A stretch of DNA of 64,000 bases from positions 1 through 64,000 of the forward strand of contig JBPOGI010000002.1 in assembly GCA_051251855.1 (NCBI GenBank), read 5' to 3'. This document shows, one piece after another, positions 54,743 to 64,000 of this stretch. A program made the position numbers and the translations under genes. Each line of letters begins with the position of its first letter. Within the stretch, counting starts at the first letter, position 1. The stretch comes from Roseibacillus sp. GTDB lineage: Bacteria; Verrucomicrobiota; Verrucomicrobiia; Verrucomicrobiales; Akkermansiaceae. The notes under the pieces are model-generated. The model had not been told where the DNA came from. It worked only from the letters and a program-made list of their open reading frames with translations, and ran no database searches.

Positions 54743-57700
54743 CTAGCTCGCCAGCTTCAGCATCTCAAAGATCAACTTGCTAAAGCTCTTTGCCTTCTTG
54801 GCATCTCCCAAGAGTTGAAACATCTGGTTTTGGTGGGCGGCACTGCTGTCCATGATTGCGTCGTCCATAGCCTGCGGGAAATCCCCGAGCATTGCTTGCT
54901 CGCTGGTGTTGTTATCAATCTGCTTCATTACCAGTTCGTTCTCTCGGATCTTGTCGCAGACGGTGTGGGCGTAATTCACAAGGTCTTGGTCACTGAGTTT
55001 ATCGGTATTGAACACCTCGTTGAGCCGGTCAATCAGCTGGGAGAGCAGCTCTTCCTTTTTATCCTTGGGACGAGATGAACCAGCGGCGTCGCCTCCCTGA
55101 AGGCCTGGGTTTTCATCTTGGCTCTCCAAGCGGAGATCTTGTTGCCGGAGCTTGCTGAGTCGGTAGTGGCTCAGTTCCACATTGCTCAGGTCTGGCCCTT
55201 CTTCCTCCTCGAAGGTTTCCTTGAGCATTGGGCGGAGATTACGGGCGTAGAGGCTGAGCTTTTCCAAGGCGGTGTCATCGTAGTCTACGATCTGGGACAT
55301 GAACTCGTAGAAGCGAGTAAAGGTTCCCAAGTCCTTCTTGAAGACGTCCAAGGTGTCTTTGGCCTTCTTTGCGTCTTTGAAGCGATTCTCAGCGTTCGTG
55401 ATCAGAACGGTGTCTCTTGTCTTCTTGGCCCGTTCAAACTCGTCCTTGCCGCTCTTGTAGAGCGAGAGAGCTTCCGTATAGCGCACTTGCCATCGTTCAA
55501 CGGCTGGCTTGCAAATATTTGCCAGAGCGGCTGCGCTTTTACTCTTGGAAAAGAAGGCCTCTGCGAATTGCTCGACCTCTGTCCACAGAAAGATGCCGAC
55601 ACCACGGAGCTTCTCGAAGAGGTCAAACACCATATCAGGGTCGGAGACATCGTTGAGTTCCGCCGTCTTGTAGTAGGGGAGAAAGGAGCCCAGAATTTCC
55701 TCGGGCTCATTGAAGAAGTCCAAGACGAAGGTGCCTGACTCAGCCTTTCCAGGATAGGTCCGGTTGAGACGCGACAAGGTTTGCACGCATTCTACGCCCG
55801 CGAGCTTCTTATCAACATACATTGCGCAGAGCTTGGGCTGGTCGAAGCCAGTCTGAAACTTGTTAGCAACGATCATCACTTGATAATCCTCGGTGTCGAA
55901 GGCCTTCCTCATGTCCCTGCCCTTCAGGTTGGGGTTCATGTTGATCTCGGTAAATTTCTCTCCCAGCATTCCACTCGAATTCGGATCCTTTTCGGTGAAT
56001 TCCACTTCTCCCGAGAAGGCCACCATTCCGTAGAGTTTTTCATAGCCTTGCTCAGAGATGTATTTGTCGAAGCCTAGCTTGAAACGCACCGCTTCCTTGC
56101 GAGAGCTAGTCACCACCATGGCTTTAGCCTGACCTCCCAGAAGTCCCATCACATTATCGCGGAAGTGCTCGACGATGACCTGCACCTTCTGGGCAATGTT
56201 GTAGTCATGAAGCCGGACCCATTGATTCAGTTTTACTTTGGCCTTCTTGCTTTCCACTTCGGTGTCTGCCGCTTGGACTTTTAGGGCGAGATTGTAGGCG
56301 ACTTTGTAGTTGGTGTAATTTTTGAGGACATCGAGGATAAACTTTTCCTCAATCGCCTGCCGCATGCTGTAAACGTGGAAGGCTTGGGGCTTGTTCGTTT
56401 TCGAGGGAGCTTCTGCAGGATTCTGAAGACGGCCAAAGAGTTCGAGCGTTTTGGGTTTGGGGGTAGCGGTGAAGGCAAAGAAACTCAGGTTCGAGTTTTC
56501 CCTTCGTGATGCGACCATGGCCTGGACCACTTCTTCGGAAGTGAGAACGTCGTCGTCATCCCGTTCCTCCACCATGAGCACTTCTTTTAGTTGTCGGGCC
56601 GTGGAGCCACTCTGCGAGGAATGCGCTTCGTCTGCGATAATTGCGTAGCTTCTCTCTTTCAGGCTTACGCTGTTCTCAATCGCTTTTAGCACGAATGGAA
56701 ACGTCTGGATGGTGACAATGATGATCGGCTGCGCCACTTCGAGAGCCTTCGCCAGCTTCTCTGATTTAGAGCCCTCTCCTATTTCCTTGTTGATGCAGCC
56801 CACCATGCCGTCGAGGTGCTCAAATTGGTAGATAGTGTCTTGAAGCTGATCGTCGAGAACGGTGCGGTCGGTTACCACAATGACGGATTGAAACTGCTTC
56901 TCACCATTGTCCCGGTAGATAGACGACAACTGATGGGCAGTCCAAGCAATCGAGTTCGATTTACCTGAACCCGCGCTGTGCTGGACAAGATACTTGTGCC
57001 CCGGACCTTCTGTTCGTGCAGTGTCAATGAGCTGATTGACCACGTCCCATTGGTGATAGCGGGGAAAGATCATCGTCTCCTTGCGATACTTTCGCCCGTC
57101 CCAGTCCTCCTTTTCCTCAATTTGTAAGTGGATGAAGCGCGCGAGAATTTTAAGTAGGTTGTCCGGTGCCAGCACCTCGTTCCAGAGATAGTCAGTAGCG
57201 TATTGGTTGACGTCGTCGGGGGTGTCATTGCCTGCCCCACCATCTTCGGTGCCTTTGTTGAAAGGGAGAAAGTAGCTATCGCTTCCTGCCAACTTCGTGC
57301 ACATGTGGGCTTCGTATTGACTCACCGCAAAATGGACCAAGGCTCCTCGTTTGAAGGTGAGCAGCGGTTCTGGTTTCTTAGTCGCGGGGTCAATCGGGAG
57401 ACGCGTCTTCTTATATTGCTTGATGGCTCTCTCACAGGCTTGCTTGAACTCGGACTTGAGTTCCATTGTCACCACCGGAATACCATTGACAAAAAGCACC
57501 AGGTCGATGCGCCAAGCTTTGGCCCTAGCCGCAAGCTTCTCGCCTCCATAAGTGGCCGACGCTTCGCCCAGAAGGTTTTTCTCCTCGATTGTGTGGTCTT
57601 CTTTTGTCCACGGGCTGTAGACCAGTTCTTGCACCACCCGGAGCCGGTTCTGCTTATACCGAGCCATTGTCTCGGGGTTCAGATCGTGCTCCGGCTTAAA

Positions 57701-58039
57701 TTGGCAAAGACTGAAGCGAGTGCCTCGTTCTCTAATCTCGTGCCGCAGAGCGCCCAAGGTGCCAAAGGTTCGTAAGGTCTGGTCGGCGGCATTGGGATCC
57801 GCCTTGTCGAGCTGCTTGGCGACACGCTCGAGGAACTTCTCATTCGCATTGTTCGGATAGAGCTTAGAATACTTCTCCCATTGCTTGGGCTGAGACTCTT
57901 GCACGAAGCCTAGTAGGTCTTCTTCATAGAGCCCCAATTCCCGATTGTATCCGGAAGGGGAGCCCTGCAGCCAACCTTGCGATTGGAATTGGGAAACCAC
58001 ATCGTCTTGGAAGGTGCGTTCGTTTGCTTTGTCGCTCAT
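54743..58039 (-). CDS. hsdR: type I restriction endonuclease subunit R
   Basis: Nuclease RIDLVLFVNGIP...MELK, Walker A HSAGSGKS, DEAHSSQ, FTATP, QTGFDQP, QTLSRLNR; ATG at 58039. Confidence 0.96.
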   Translation of the reverse strand: MSDKANERTFQDDVVSQFQSQGWLQGSPSGYNRELGLYEEDLLGFVQESQPKQWEKYSKLYPNNANEKFLERVAKQLDKADPNAADQTLRTFGTLGALRHEIRERGTRFSLCQFKPEHDLNPETMARYKQNRLRVVQELVYSPWTKEDHTIEEKNLLGEASATYGGEKLAARAKAWRIDLVLFVNGIPVVTMELKSEFKQACERAIKQYKKTRLPIDPATKKPEPLLTFKRGALVHFAVSQYEAHMCTKLAGSDSYFLPFNKGTEDGGAGNDTPDDVNQYATDYLWNEVLAPDNLLKILARFIHLQIEEKEDWDGRKYRKETMIFPRYHQWDVVNQLIDTARTEGPGHKYLVQHSAGSGKSNSIAWTAHQLSSIYRDNGEKQFQSVIVVTDRTVLDDQLQDTIYQFEHLDGMVGCINKEIGEGSKSEKLAKALEVAQPIIIVTIQTFPFVLKAIENSVSLKERSYAIIADEAHSSQSGSTARQLKEVLMVEERDDDDVLTSEEVVQAMVASRRENSNLSFFAFTATPKPKTLELFGRLQNPAEAPSKTNKPQAFHVYSMRQAIEEKFILDVLKNYTNYKVAYNLALKVQAADTEVESKKAKVKLNQWVRLHDYNIAQKVQVIVEHFRDNVMGLLGGQAKAMVVTSSRKEAVRFKLGFDKYISEQGYEKLYGMVAFSGEVEFTEKDPNSSGMLGEKFTEINMNPNLKGRDMRKAFDTEDYQVMIVANKFQTGFDQPKLCAMYVDKKLAGVECVQTLSRLNRTYPGKAESGTFVLDFFNEPEEILGSFLPYYKTAELNDVSDPDMVFDLFEKLRGVGIFLWTEVEQFAEAFFSKSKSAAALANICKPAVERWQVRYTEALSLYKSGKDEFERAKKTRDTVLITNAENRFKDAKKAKDTLDVFKKDLGTFTRFYEFMSQIVDYDDTALEKLSLYARNLRPMLKETFEEEEGPDLSNVELSHYRLSKLRQQDLRLESQDENPGLQGGDAAGSSRPKDKKEELLSQLIDRLNEVFNTDKLSDQDLVNYAHTVCDKIRENELVMKQIDNNTSEQAMLGDFPQAMDDAIMDSSAAHQNQMFQLLGDAKKAKSFSKLIFEMLKLAS

Positions 58040-58040
58040 T

Positions 58041-59894
58041 CTATGGTTCTGTGATGGGCTGGGGCTCGAAAGCCCAAATGCGTTCGCAGATTGCTTGATA
58101 GAGATTCTGGCGTTTCTCAATATCGACCTTCTTAAGATCTTGGTGAGGTTCAAATGGAAGGTCGAGTTCCTTGATCATATTGAGGAAGTTTGGATTTCGG
58201 TCGTAGGCCTCTGGGCAGAGAGACTTAACGAGAAGATTCTCGCGAATGTAGTGGGGGCGTTTTTCATGGTAGGGAAGGTCGCCGTAGGACTGATTTGTTC
58301 CTCGCGGGAGAAGAACAAGATTACCAATGTTCTCTCGAAAGGCCTCAAATTCGCTGGGATGCTCGAATTCATCCTGATGGTGTTCGTATTTGTTGGCCCA
58401 AATGTGTTCGATCTCCATCGGCTTACCTTCCGGGAATTGGTAGTCGTCGAAGTTGGAGCTGAGGCCCGACTGTTCGTCGATATAACCGGAAATTCTTGAG
58501 AGGAGAAACTTAATGAAACGACTGTTCGTTCCATGCCTGGAAAACCTCTTCATTCCATCCCAAGTCTCTTCCATTTCATCGAGTTTTAGGGCGAGGATTG
58601 AGTGGAGATCGTCGAGTGATTTACGTCTGATTTCTTTCGTGAGAAGACACATCGTGTAGCGAATCGAGCTGGCACTGAAGTTTCGAAAGTTGATCGACCG
58701 TCGCACAGTGAAAGTTTCGATGAATTTGGCGACAGTGTTCATCTTGGCATCGATGATCTCCTGTGAATCAGACAAGCACAGGGGAGCGAGAAGGAGTTGA
58801 TAAGCGAGCGAGTCGGCGATTCCCCAGCAGCCAGCATAGTAGACGTTTTCCAAAGGTTTGATGAATTCCCATTCGGCTTTTTTCATGCGGAGGTAGGCCA
58901 AAAGGTAGAACTTGAAATCTTGTTGTAGAAAGTTTGAGAAGCCTTCCGCTGAGTTAGAAGTAAGGCTCATCAGGCTGAGGTTCTCTCGGAACCATCCATG
59001 GAAGCGGGTTCCAATTTTCTCAAAGTCTTCGTTGATGGACCCTTTGTGACTGCCTCGAATTGTCTCGGCGTATTGTCCCCGGAGCCATGCTTGCATGAAT
59101 CGCTGGTCTTCATCATCTTTATACTCGTGGAGGTCCTTCATTGCCTTCTTCCACAGATTGTTGGTCGTCTCTCGTTGTTTATTAGATTCGAGTCGAGACA
59201 GGAGATAGCCCTTAAGCATTTCCGTGGGGGTTAGATTGAGCCCCCTATCGTTCATCGTTTCAAAGATGGTGTAGGCGTTGTCATCGGAGTGAGCTACAAT
59301 CTCAACCAAGACCACTCGTTCTTTGAGCCAATCGATAAAATAGGAGTAGGCCTTGGCACCGATCTCTTCTGGGAAGACTCCTTCTATGTCCTTGTAGCGG
59401 GCTGCCATATTTTTAGTAGACTCATCGTCTCCGTCCACTGGCTCATAGTCGCCATTCTTGAAGAGAGCATCCAAGCAGGTGATTCGTTCTTCGACGGTAA
59501 TGTTGAATGATTTGGAACCAAATTTCTCTGAGAAGATCATCGACTCTACCTTCTCGTTCGAACCGAACTTTTCACCAAGGTGGTTTAAGAAAATCATGAA
59601 TAGGGTGAGGGAAGTGAGCCGCTGCTGCCCATCAATGATACTCAACATCCCATCCTTGCTACTCAGTACGTAGGGGCCCAGGTAGTAGCTATTGTAATTC
59701 TCTACCTCGGAACGGCTGTGTCCAGCATTGTAGTTGGCGAGGAAAGCCGCGCTCAGATCCTCCACCAGCTGTTTCATATGCTTTTCTCCCCAGCTGTATT
59801 CTCGCTGAAAGAAATCGACGCTATATTTGCGACTATCGAGCACTTGAAAAATGGTGCGATCATTGGCCTCAATTCTGTGTTCGGAATTACTCAT
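58041..59894 (-). CDS. GmrSD-like type IV restriction protein (DUF262 + DUF1524/HNH)
   Basis: FQREYSW, IIDGQQRLTS, IFETMNDRG, EIEHIW...NIGNLVLL...N. Confidence 0.9.
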   Translation of the reverse strand: MSNSEHRIEANDRTIFQVLDSRKYSVDFFQREYSWGEKHMKQLVEDLSAAFLANYNAGHSRSEVENYNSYYLGPYVLSSKDGMLSIIDGQQRLTSLTLFMIFLNHLGEKFGSNEKVESMIFSEKFGSKSFNITVEERITCLDALFKNGDYEPVDGDDESTKNMAARYKDIEGVFPEEIGAKAYSYFIDWLKERVVLVEIVAHSDDNAYTIFETMNDRGLNLTPTEMLKGYLLSRLESNKQRETTNNLWKKAMKDLHEYKDDEDQRFMQAWLRGQYAETIRGSHKGSINEDFEKIGTRFHGWFRENLSLMSLTSNSAEGFSNFLQQDFKFYLLAYLRMKKAEWEFIKPLENVYYAGCWGIADSLAYQLLLAPLCLSDSQEIIDAKMNTVAKFIETFTVRRSINFRNFSASSIRYTMCLLTKEIRRKSLDDLHSILALKLDEMEETWDGMKRFSRHGTNSRFIKFLLSRISGYIDEQSGLSSNFDDYQFPEGKPMEIEHIWANKYEHHQDEFEHPSEFEAFRENIGNLVLLPRGTNQSYGDLPYHEKRPHYIRENLLVKSLCPEAYDRNPNFLNMIKELDLPFEPHQDLKKVDIEKRQNLYQAICERIWAFEPQPITEP

Positions 59895-62800
59895 GAGTGG
59901 ATGTTTCTTTTGGGGGCTGACCTTTTTTAAGAGCTGTAACGGCGAATGTTCTCCCGTTGACTTCGAAGTCTAGTTTGCGTTCAGGGTGAACCGAAGAAAG
60001 CAGTATGACTTCGGCAATAGGATCTTTGTAATTGAGAAGGCGGCCATCCTGGGAACTTAAGTCTCTTATGATTGTAAACGTGAGGAATTCGTCACTATCG
60101 TCAAACTTGACTGAAACAGTATCACCGACCTCAATCAGATTGTGATTCTCATTCTCTTTTTCTGGTTCTTTCTCGGTAGGGTTGGTTTCGAAAAGAGTTC
60201 CTTGATCGACGACGTTGTTGAATGAGCCTTGGTGCAACGTATCATCTGTCGACTGGTTGGAGGTTGGAGCGGGCGAAGTTGTGAGCGTTACTTGTGAGGC
60301 TTGGTCCTCCTTCTCCTCCTCTAGGATTTCTGCAAGCGACTTGTCTTCAATCTCAACCTCGACTTCCACCATTGTTTCATCCTCATCGTCGGGGAATAGT
60401 TCTTCTTCAACAGGAGCGGGGATGTGGCGGAATTCGACAATCCCTTGCGCACTAGCTAGTCCATCGTGGTGCTGCTCGATTCCATGTTCTTTCAGCACCT
60501 GCAGGAGTTCGCTCCTGGAGGAATCCTTGTCGGAGTAGTAGGAGGGGCCCCAGATGCGATGGAAGGACCACCCGGCTCGTTCTAGGGTCCGTTGACGACT
60601 CATATCTTCGGACCATTTGTGCTCGGGGTGGGCGATGTAGCCATCGCATTCAATCGCGAGCCGTCTCCCGCCCGCATCTTCCACCACAAGGTCGATCCTG
60701 AATCCTGCAGCGGCAATTTGCGTGGAGACCATGTATCCCTCCGTAGAGAGGAAGTCGAAAATCTCCTCTTCAAATGGAGACTCACAATCTTCGCGGCCTT
60801 TGCCCGCAAGCTTCAGGCCCGGGTCTGAAAAGTGGCTAATGAGCTTATGCCTCAGGTCCGTCGATTTGAGACCTTCGAGAGGAATACTGCGGCAGAGATA
60901 CATCCTGTCCTTAGCTCGTGATGCGGCAACGTTGAAGCGTTGTGCCAGGGGGACCGAAGTAGCTGCGATCTTGCTGACGTGGTTTACCATCGAGAGAAAG
61001 ACGACATCGAATTCGCTACCTTGGAAGGTGGAAGAGTCGCCACATCGGATACTGTGGCGCAGGATTATTTCTTCAGAAATCTCAGCTTGAATCTTATCCC
61101 AAATGAACCGCGACTGCTCGTTTCCCAGCAGGGTGACAATGCCGATAGAACGGTCTCCGAAATCTTCATCCTCAGTGAGCGTGATGATTTCGTCCAAGAT
61201 GTAATCTGCTTCGGCTTCGTTTGTCTTGCTGCCCTCGGGACGAATTCCGCCTTCAAGGTAGACATCAATCAAAACGGGAGACATCCGCTCGGTGGCCTTA
61301 GGAACGCGTAGGCATTTGATCTCGCCGTCGTAGAAGTGTTTGCTCGAAAAGTTAATGATAGGCTCAGCACAGCGAAAGTGCTCACGGAGGCGAATGCTAG
61401 CGGCTCCGTAGGCAATCGAAGCCAGATCGTAGATGGAGTCTCTGATCGTCATCGAGGAACCGTAGGGGAGGTCCTTTAGGAATCGTTGGTAGAGGGCCAT
61501 GACGGCGTCGGTTCTAGTGCCCACTTGGAGTGGGCTAACCTGTTTGTCGTCTCCCACCACTAATACTTTTTTACCTCTGGCAATGGCAGGAAGCGCCTTT
61601 AGGTCACTTTGCGAGGCCTCATCGATAATGACGAGGTCAAACAAGCCAAAGCCAGCGGGAAGACTCTCGCTGACTCGCCATTGCGGCATGATCCAGCAGC
61701 GGATTGCTTCGTTAGCCTGCGCCAAGGCTTTCTGTGCTTCAGCTCGATGAAAGGGGGCCAGCTTACCGGTTCCTTTTCCAATCCTCTTGATATGAGTGAC
61801 GAACTGGTTGAGCGCGGTGACCAGATTGGGTTTGGCCGCAAAGGTTTCCTTCAGTTTAAGCCAAGTGCGTTTCACTGCTAGGTCCTCATAATCGTTCGCC
61901 AGTTTCTTTTCTTTGGAGAGCCGTGCGGTATTTAATTTGAGCAGCTCCGACTTGGCATCGATGTTCTTCAGGTAAGCCTTGCGCATGGCCCAATGCCAAG
62001 TTTCGGAGATGCGAGGTGGAAGGACGGACTCATCCTCTGTTTCCTCATCATAGACGTGCGAAGTCACAGCGACGGCGAGCTTACGTGCCCCAGCTTCCTT
62101 GAGGCGAAGGGCTAGGGTGCCAATTTCCTGAAGAGATGGGATTTTTGAGTGCAGGAGACTGCATTGATTCAAGAGGCTTCGCCATTCCTCACCAAGATCG
62201 CCCAGCTCTTGTTCGGAAGAGCCAAGCTTAGATTTTAGAAAGTCAAACTGGGCGAGATAGTTGGGGTTGCCATCAAGGAGGTCGAGGAGCTTTTGTCTTT
62301 CAGTAGAAGCCGCGCGACCATCGAACTCGCCAATCACGAGTCCAAGAGACGCGATGATGGAGTCCAAGAAGCTCGGTTTTTTAAGGCTTAGGCTCAACAA
62401 CGAATCTGTTGGCTGATCCAGATCTATCAATTCGCCAACATTCGCCAAGTGTTCGCGAAGCTCTTGCTTGCTGAAGGCCCAAATTCCCTCAACCTGCTTC
62501 ACGATAGGGCGGAAGTTTGAGTAGACCGAGACTCCCGCGTCCGTTGGCAATTTGGGTGTCGAGAGACTATCTGCCAACAAGTTCCACTCTTTCGCCAGCT
62601 GGTTGCCAGCAATGTGTAATTCAATCCAACGCTTCACGTCTTGCCAGTCTTCTGCGCCCGTTGGAGCGTCTCCTCGGACTGTAATCGCTTGCACTGCTTT
62701 GCTGAGCCCCCGGGATGAAAGTCTACCGACAAGGCCGAATGGTTTCTCGCCTTCAGCGGCTTTGGTGATGGGAGGCAGGAGTTCCTCTAGGTCAACGCTC

Positions 62801-64000
62801 TCGCTAGGAAGAGCTACTGGCTTTAGGGCGTAGCTCCTGGCTTCCAAGTCGTTCTCCCGGCAAGCCTTGATACAGCGATCAATAGATTCACGGAAGACGT
62901 GATCCACTCCCTCTAGATTCTCAGGAAGAGCGGCTGCATTGTGGTAGCAACAGGAGACCAGATGCTGCCAACCTCCTTTGAAGGTGAAGGCGAGAGCATC
63001 TCTTTGCTTCTCAAGCTCTGTGCGTGTATTGGAAGCACTCGGCCGTTGGTCAGCCTGGAGATATTGTTTGGCGGGGTATTGGGTGAGTGCATCTAACTCT
63101 TTTCGAGAGACTGAGTAGGAGCAAAGGTTCTTATGCAGATTGGCACACTCTTCCACTGTGGGGAGTTCGCTCGGATCGAGAATGGCATCGGAGTCCACAG
63201 ACACATGCTCTCCTGCCGACTTGCGGGCGGCACGTAGTTGCTCAAAGAACGCGCCATCGATAGTGGTGTCTTCCCAACCGTGTTCGGGATCGAGTTCATC
63301 TTGGAAGAAGGTGTGTTGGTCCGCACTCTCGGCGTCCTCTTCAGCAAGTTGGCGTGGTGAATCACATCCAATGTGTTCTGGGGGAGGGGTGCGGTAGCGA
63401 CTCGCGAGGATGTCGGTTTGCTTTTCGTTGAGAAGAAGCTCCTTGTGGCTCCGCTCGATAACCGCCGCCAATGACTCGACCTCTTTTTCCAGAGTGGTGG
63501 AGTTCAGCTGCAGGATATCGGTCGTGATCCGGTTGACGCTGGACTCCAGCTCCTCTTGCCCTTCGCGGTCACTGTCTAGAAGCAGCCCTGTGAGCATCTG
63601 AATGCCGTCTGGGAGCTGCGATTTGAGGACCTTGAGTGCCGGTGTTTTCTGGGAGGTGACAAGGACTCGTTTTCCGGTGGCGAGGTAGTGACTGATGACG
63701 TTCGCAATGGTGTGGGTCTTTCCGGTTCCGGGAGGCCCTTGTAGGACCACTCCTTCACTGCTTTCTAACTTTCGGATGACCTCGACTTGCTCCTGATTAT
63801 AGGCCTTGGGAAAATAGAGAGAACGGAGTGTGCCCTGGAGGCCGGAATCAGACTCCACGTGAGAGAATCCCCGGAAGGAGTCCTGCGATTCCGGATAGGG
63901 CACCTCTCGTCTGATCGCGATATCGTCCAAGGCGCTGGTGAGGACCCCGTCATTTTCCGCGATGGCCTTCAGCTTCTGCACATCTTGCAGCATGTAGTTG
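59887..64000 (-). CDS. large SF1 (DNA2/NAM7-like) helicase with Vsr/DUF559-like nuclease and GreA/B-C-like tail; 5' end outside window
   Basis: QGPPGTGKT, IIDEASQ, VGDDKQ, LREHFRC, FQGSE, RFNVAASRAK; then ESPFEEE...RIDLVV...LAIECDG...RQRTLERAGW; frame open to the window edge. Confidence 0.88.
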   Translation of the reverse strand, partial: NYMLQDVQKLKAIAENDGVLTSALDDIAIRREVPYPESQDSFRGFSHVESDSGLQGTLRSLYFPKAYNQEQVEVIRKLESSEGVVLQGPPGTGKTHTIANVISHYLATGKRVLVTSQKTPALKVLKSQLPDGIQMLTGLLLDSDREGQEELESSVNRITTDILQLNSTTLEKEVESLAAVIERSHKELLLNEKQTDILASRYRTPPPEHIGCDSPRQLAEEDAESADQHTFFQDELDPEHGWEDTTIDGAFFEQLRAARKSAGEHVSVDSDAILDPSELPTVEECANLHKNLCSYSVSRKELDALTQYPAKQYLQADQRPSASNTRTELEKQRDALAFTFKGGWQHLVSCCYHNAAALPENLEGVDHVFRESIDRCIKACRENDLEARSYALKPVALPSESVDLEELLPPITKAAEGEKPFGLVGRLSSRGLSKAVQAITVRGDAPTGAEDWQDVKRWIELHIAGNQLAKEWNLLADSLSTPKLPTDAGVSVYSNFRPIVKQVEGIWAFSKQELREHLANVGELIDLDQPTDSLLSLSLKKPSFLDSIIASLGLVIGEFDGRAASTERQKLLDLLDGNPNYLAQFDFLKSKLGSSEQELGDLGEEWRSLLNQCSLLHSKIPSLQEIGTLALRLKEAGARKLAVAVTSHVYDEETEDESVLPPRISETWHWAMRKAYLKNIDAKSELLKLNTARLSKEKKLANDYEDLAVKRTWLKLKETFAAKPNLVTALNQFVTHIKRIGKGTGKLAPFHRAEAQKALAQANEAIRCWIMPQWRVSESLPAGFGLFDLVIIDEASQSDLKALPAIARGKKVLVVGDDKQVSPLQVGTRTDAVMALYQRFLKDLPYGSSMTIRDSIYDLASIAYGAASIRLREHFRCAEPIINFSSKHFYDGEIKCLRVPKATERMSPVLIDVYLEGGIRPEGSKTNEAEADYILDEIITLTEDEDFGDRSIGIVTLLGNEQSRFIWDKIQAEISEEIILRHSIRCGDSSTFQGSEFDVVFLSMVNHVSKIAATSVPLAQRFNVAASRAKDRMYLCRSIPLEGLKSTDLRHKLISHFSDPGLKLAGKGREDCESPFEEEIFDFLSTEGYMVSTQIAAAGFRIDLVVEDAGGRRLAIECDGYIAHPEHKWSEDMSRQRTLERAGWSFHRIWGPSYYSDKDSSRSELLQVLKEHGIEQHHDGLASAQGIVEFRHIPAPVEEELFPDDEDETMVEVEVEIEDKSLAEILEEEKEDQASQVTLTTSPAPTSNQSTDDTLHQGSFNNVVDQGTLFETNPTEKEPEKENENHNLIEVGDTVSVKFDDSDEFLTFTIIRDLSSQDGRLLNYKDPIAEVILLSSVHPERKLDFEVNGRTFAVTALKKGQPPKETSTHE

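Larger units (their letters stand above)
53141..64000. mobile_element. tRNA-Ser-integrated genomic (defence) island, left part
   Basis: Begins at a tRNA 3' end and carries an ORFan plus restriction/defence genes. The integrase and second att copy are not in the window. Confidence 0.6.

Noticed and set aside
58040..58153. Extended N-termini given by the ORF track (hsdR here; likewise fusA, rplC, rplX, adk, VTC, TBDR, FecR, DegP)
   Set aside because: They overlap upstream genes or regulatory DNA; downstream starts match family N-termini better.

Overview
A ~55% GC bacterial chromosomal segment, most likely from a marine Verrucomicrobiota (Verrucomicrobiales). This is inferred from the PEP-CTERM and C-terminal 'FFR' secreted proteins, the sulfatases, the GH16 enzyme and the PVC-type ribosomal cluster. 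From left to right it contains: (1) the end of a vWA/GQGE-repeat cluster with a DegP-like protease, an L,D-transpeptidase, two sulfatases and CD225/DUF2752 genes; (2) a complete chromosomal integron (about 10.5-14.3 kb) with a long IntI, attI, four 129-bp attC sites with non-consensus R boxes, four intact cassettes (secreted protein, ORF-less cassette, Imm7 immunity protein, membrane protein) and an eroded fifth cassette fused to a dead RAYT-like transposase; (3) the str-S10-spc superoperon, with a divergent EF-G, an L22-HhH fusion, a non-ribosomal insert, SecY with an extra TM helix, and no tuf, rpsN or rpmD; (4) a VTC/DUF4956/porin operon; (5) an iron/heme-uptake locus (Fur-like box, AraC, DUF6607, TonB receptor, two paralogous surface proteins, TonB) in which four promoter regions share a 21-bp-phased direct-repeat operator; (6) menF-like, tpiA, ECF/FecR, GH16, NIPSNAP, an S8 protease and TpsB; (7) tRNA-Ser(GCT) followed by a defence island (HsdR, GmrSD-like, SF1 helicase-nuclease) that runs off the window. 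All family assignments come from motif recognition by eye; no database searches were run.
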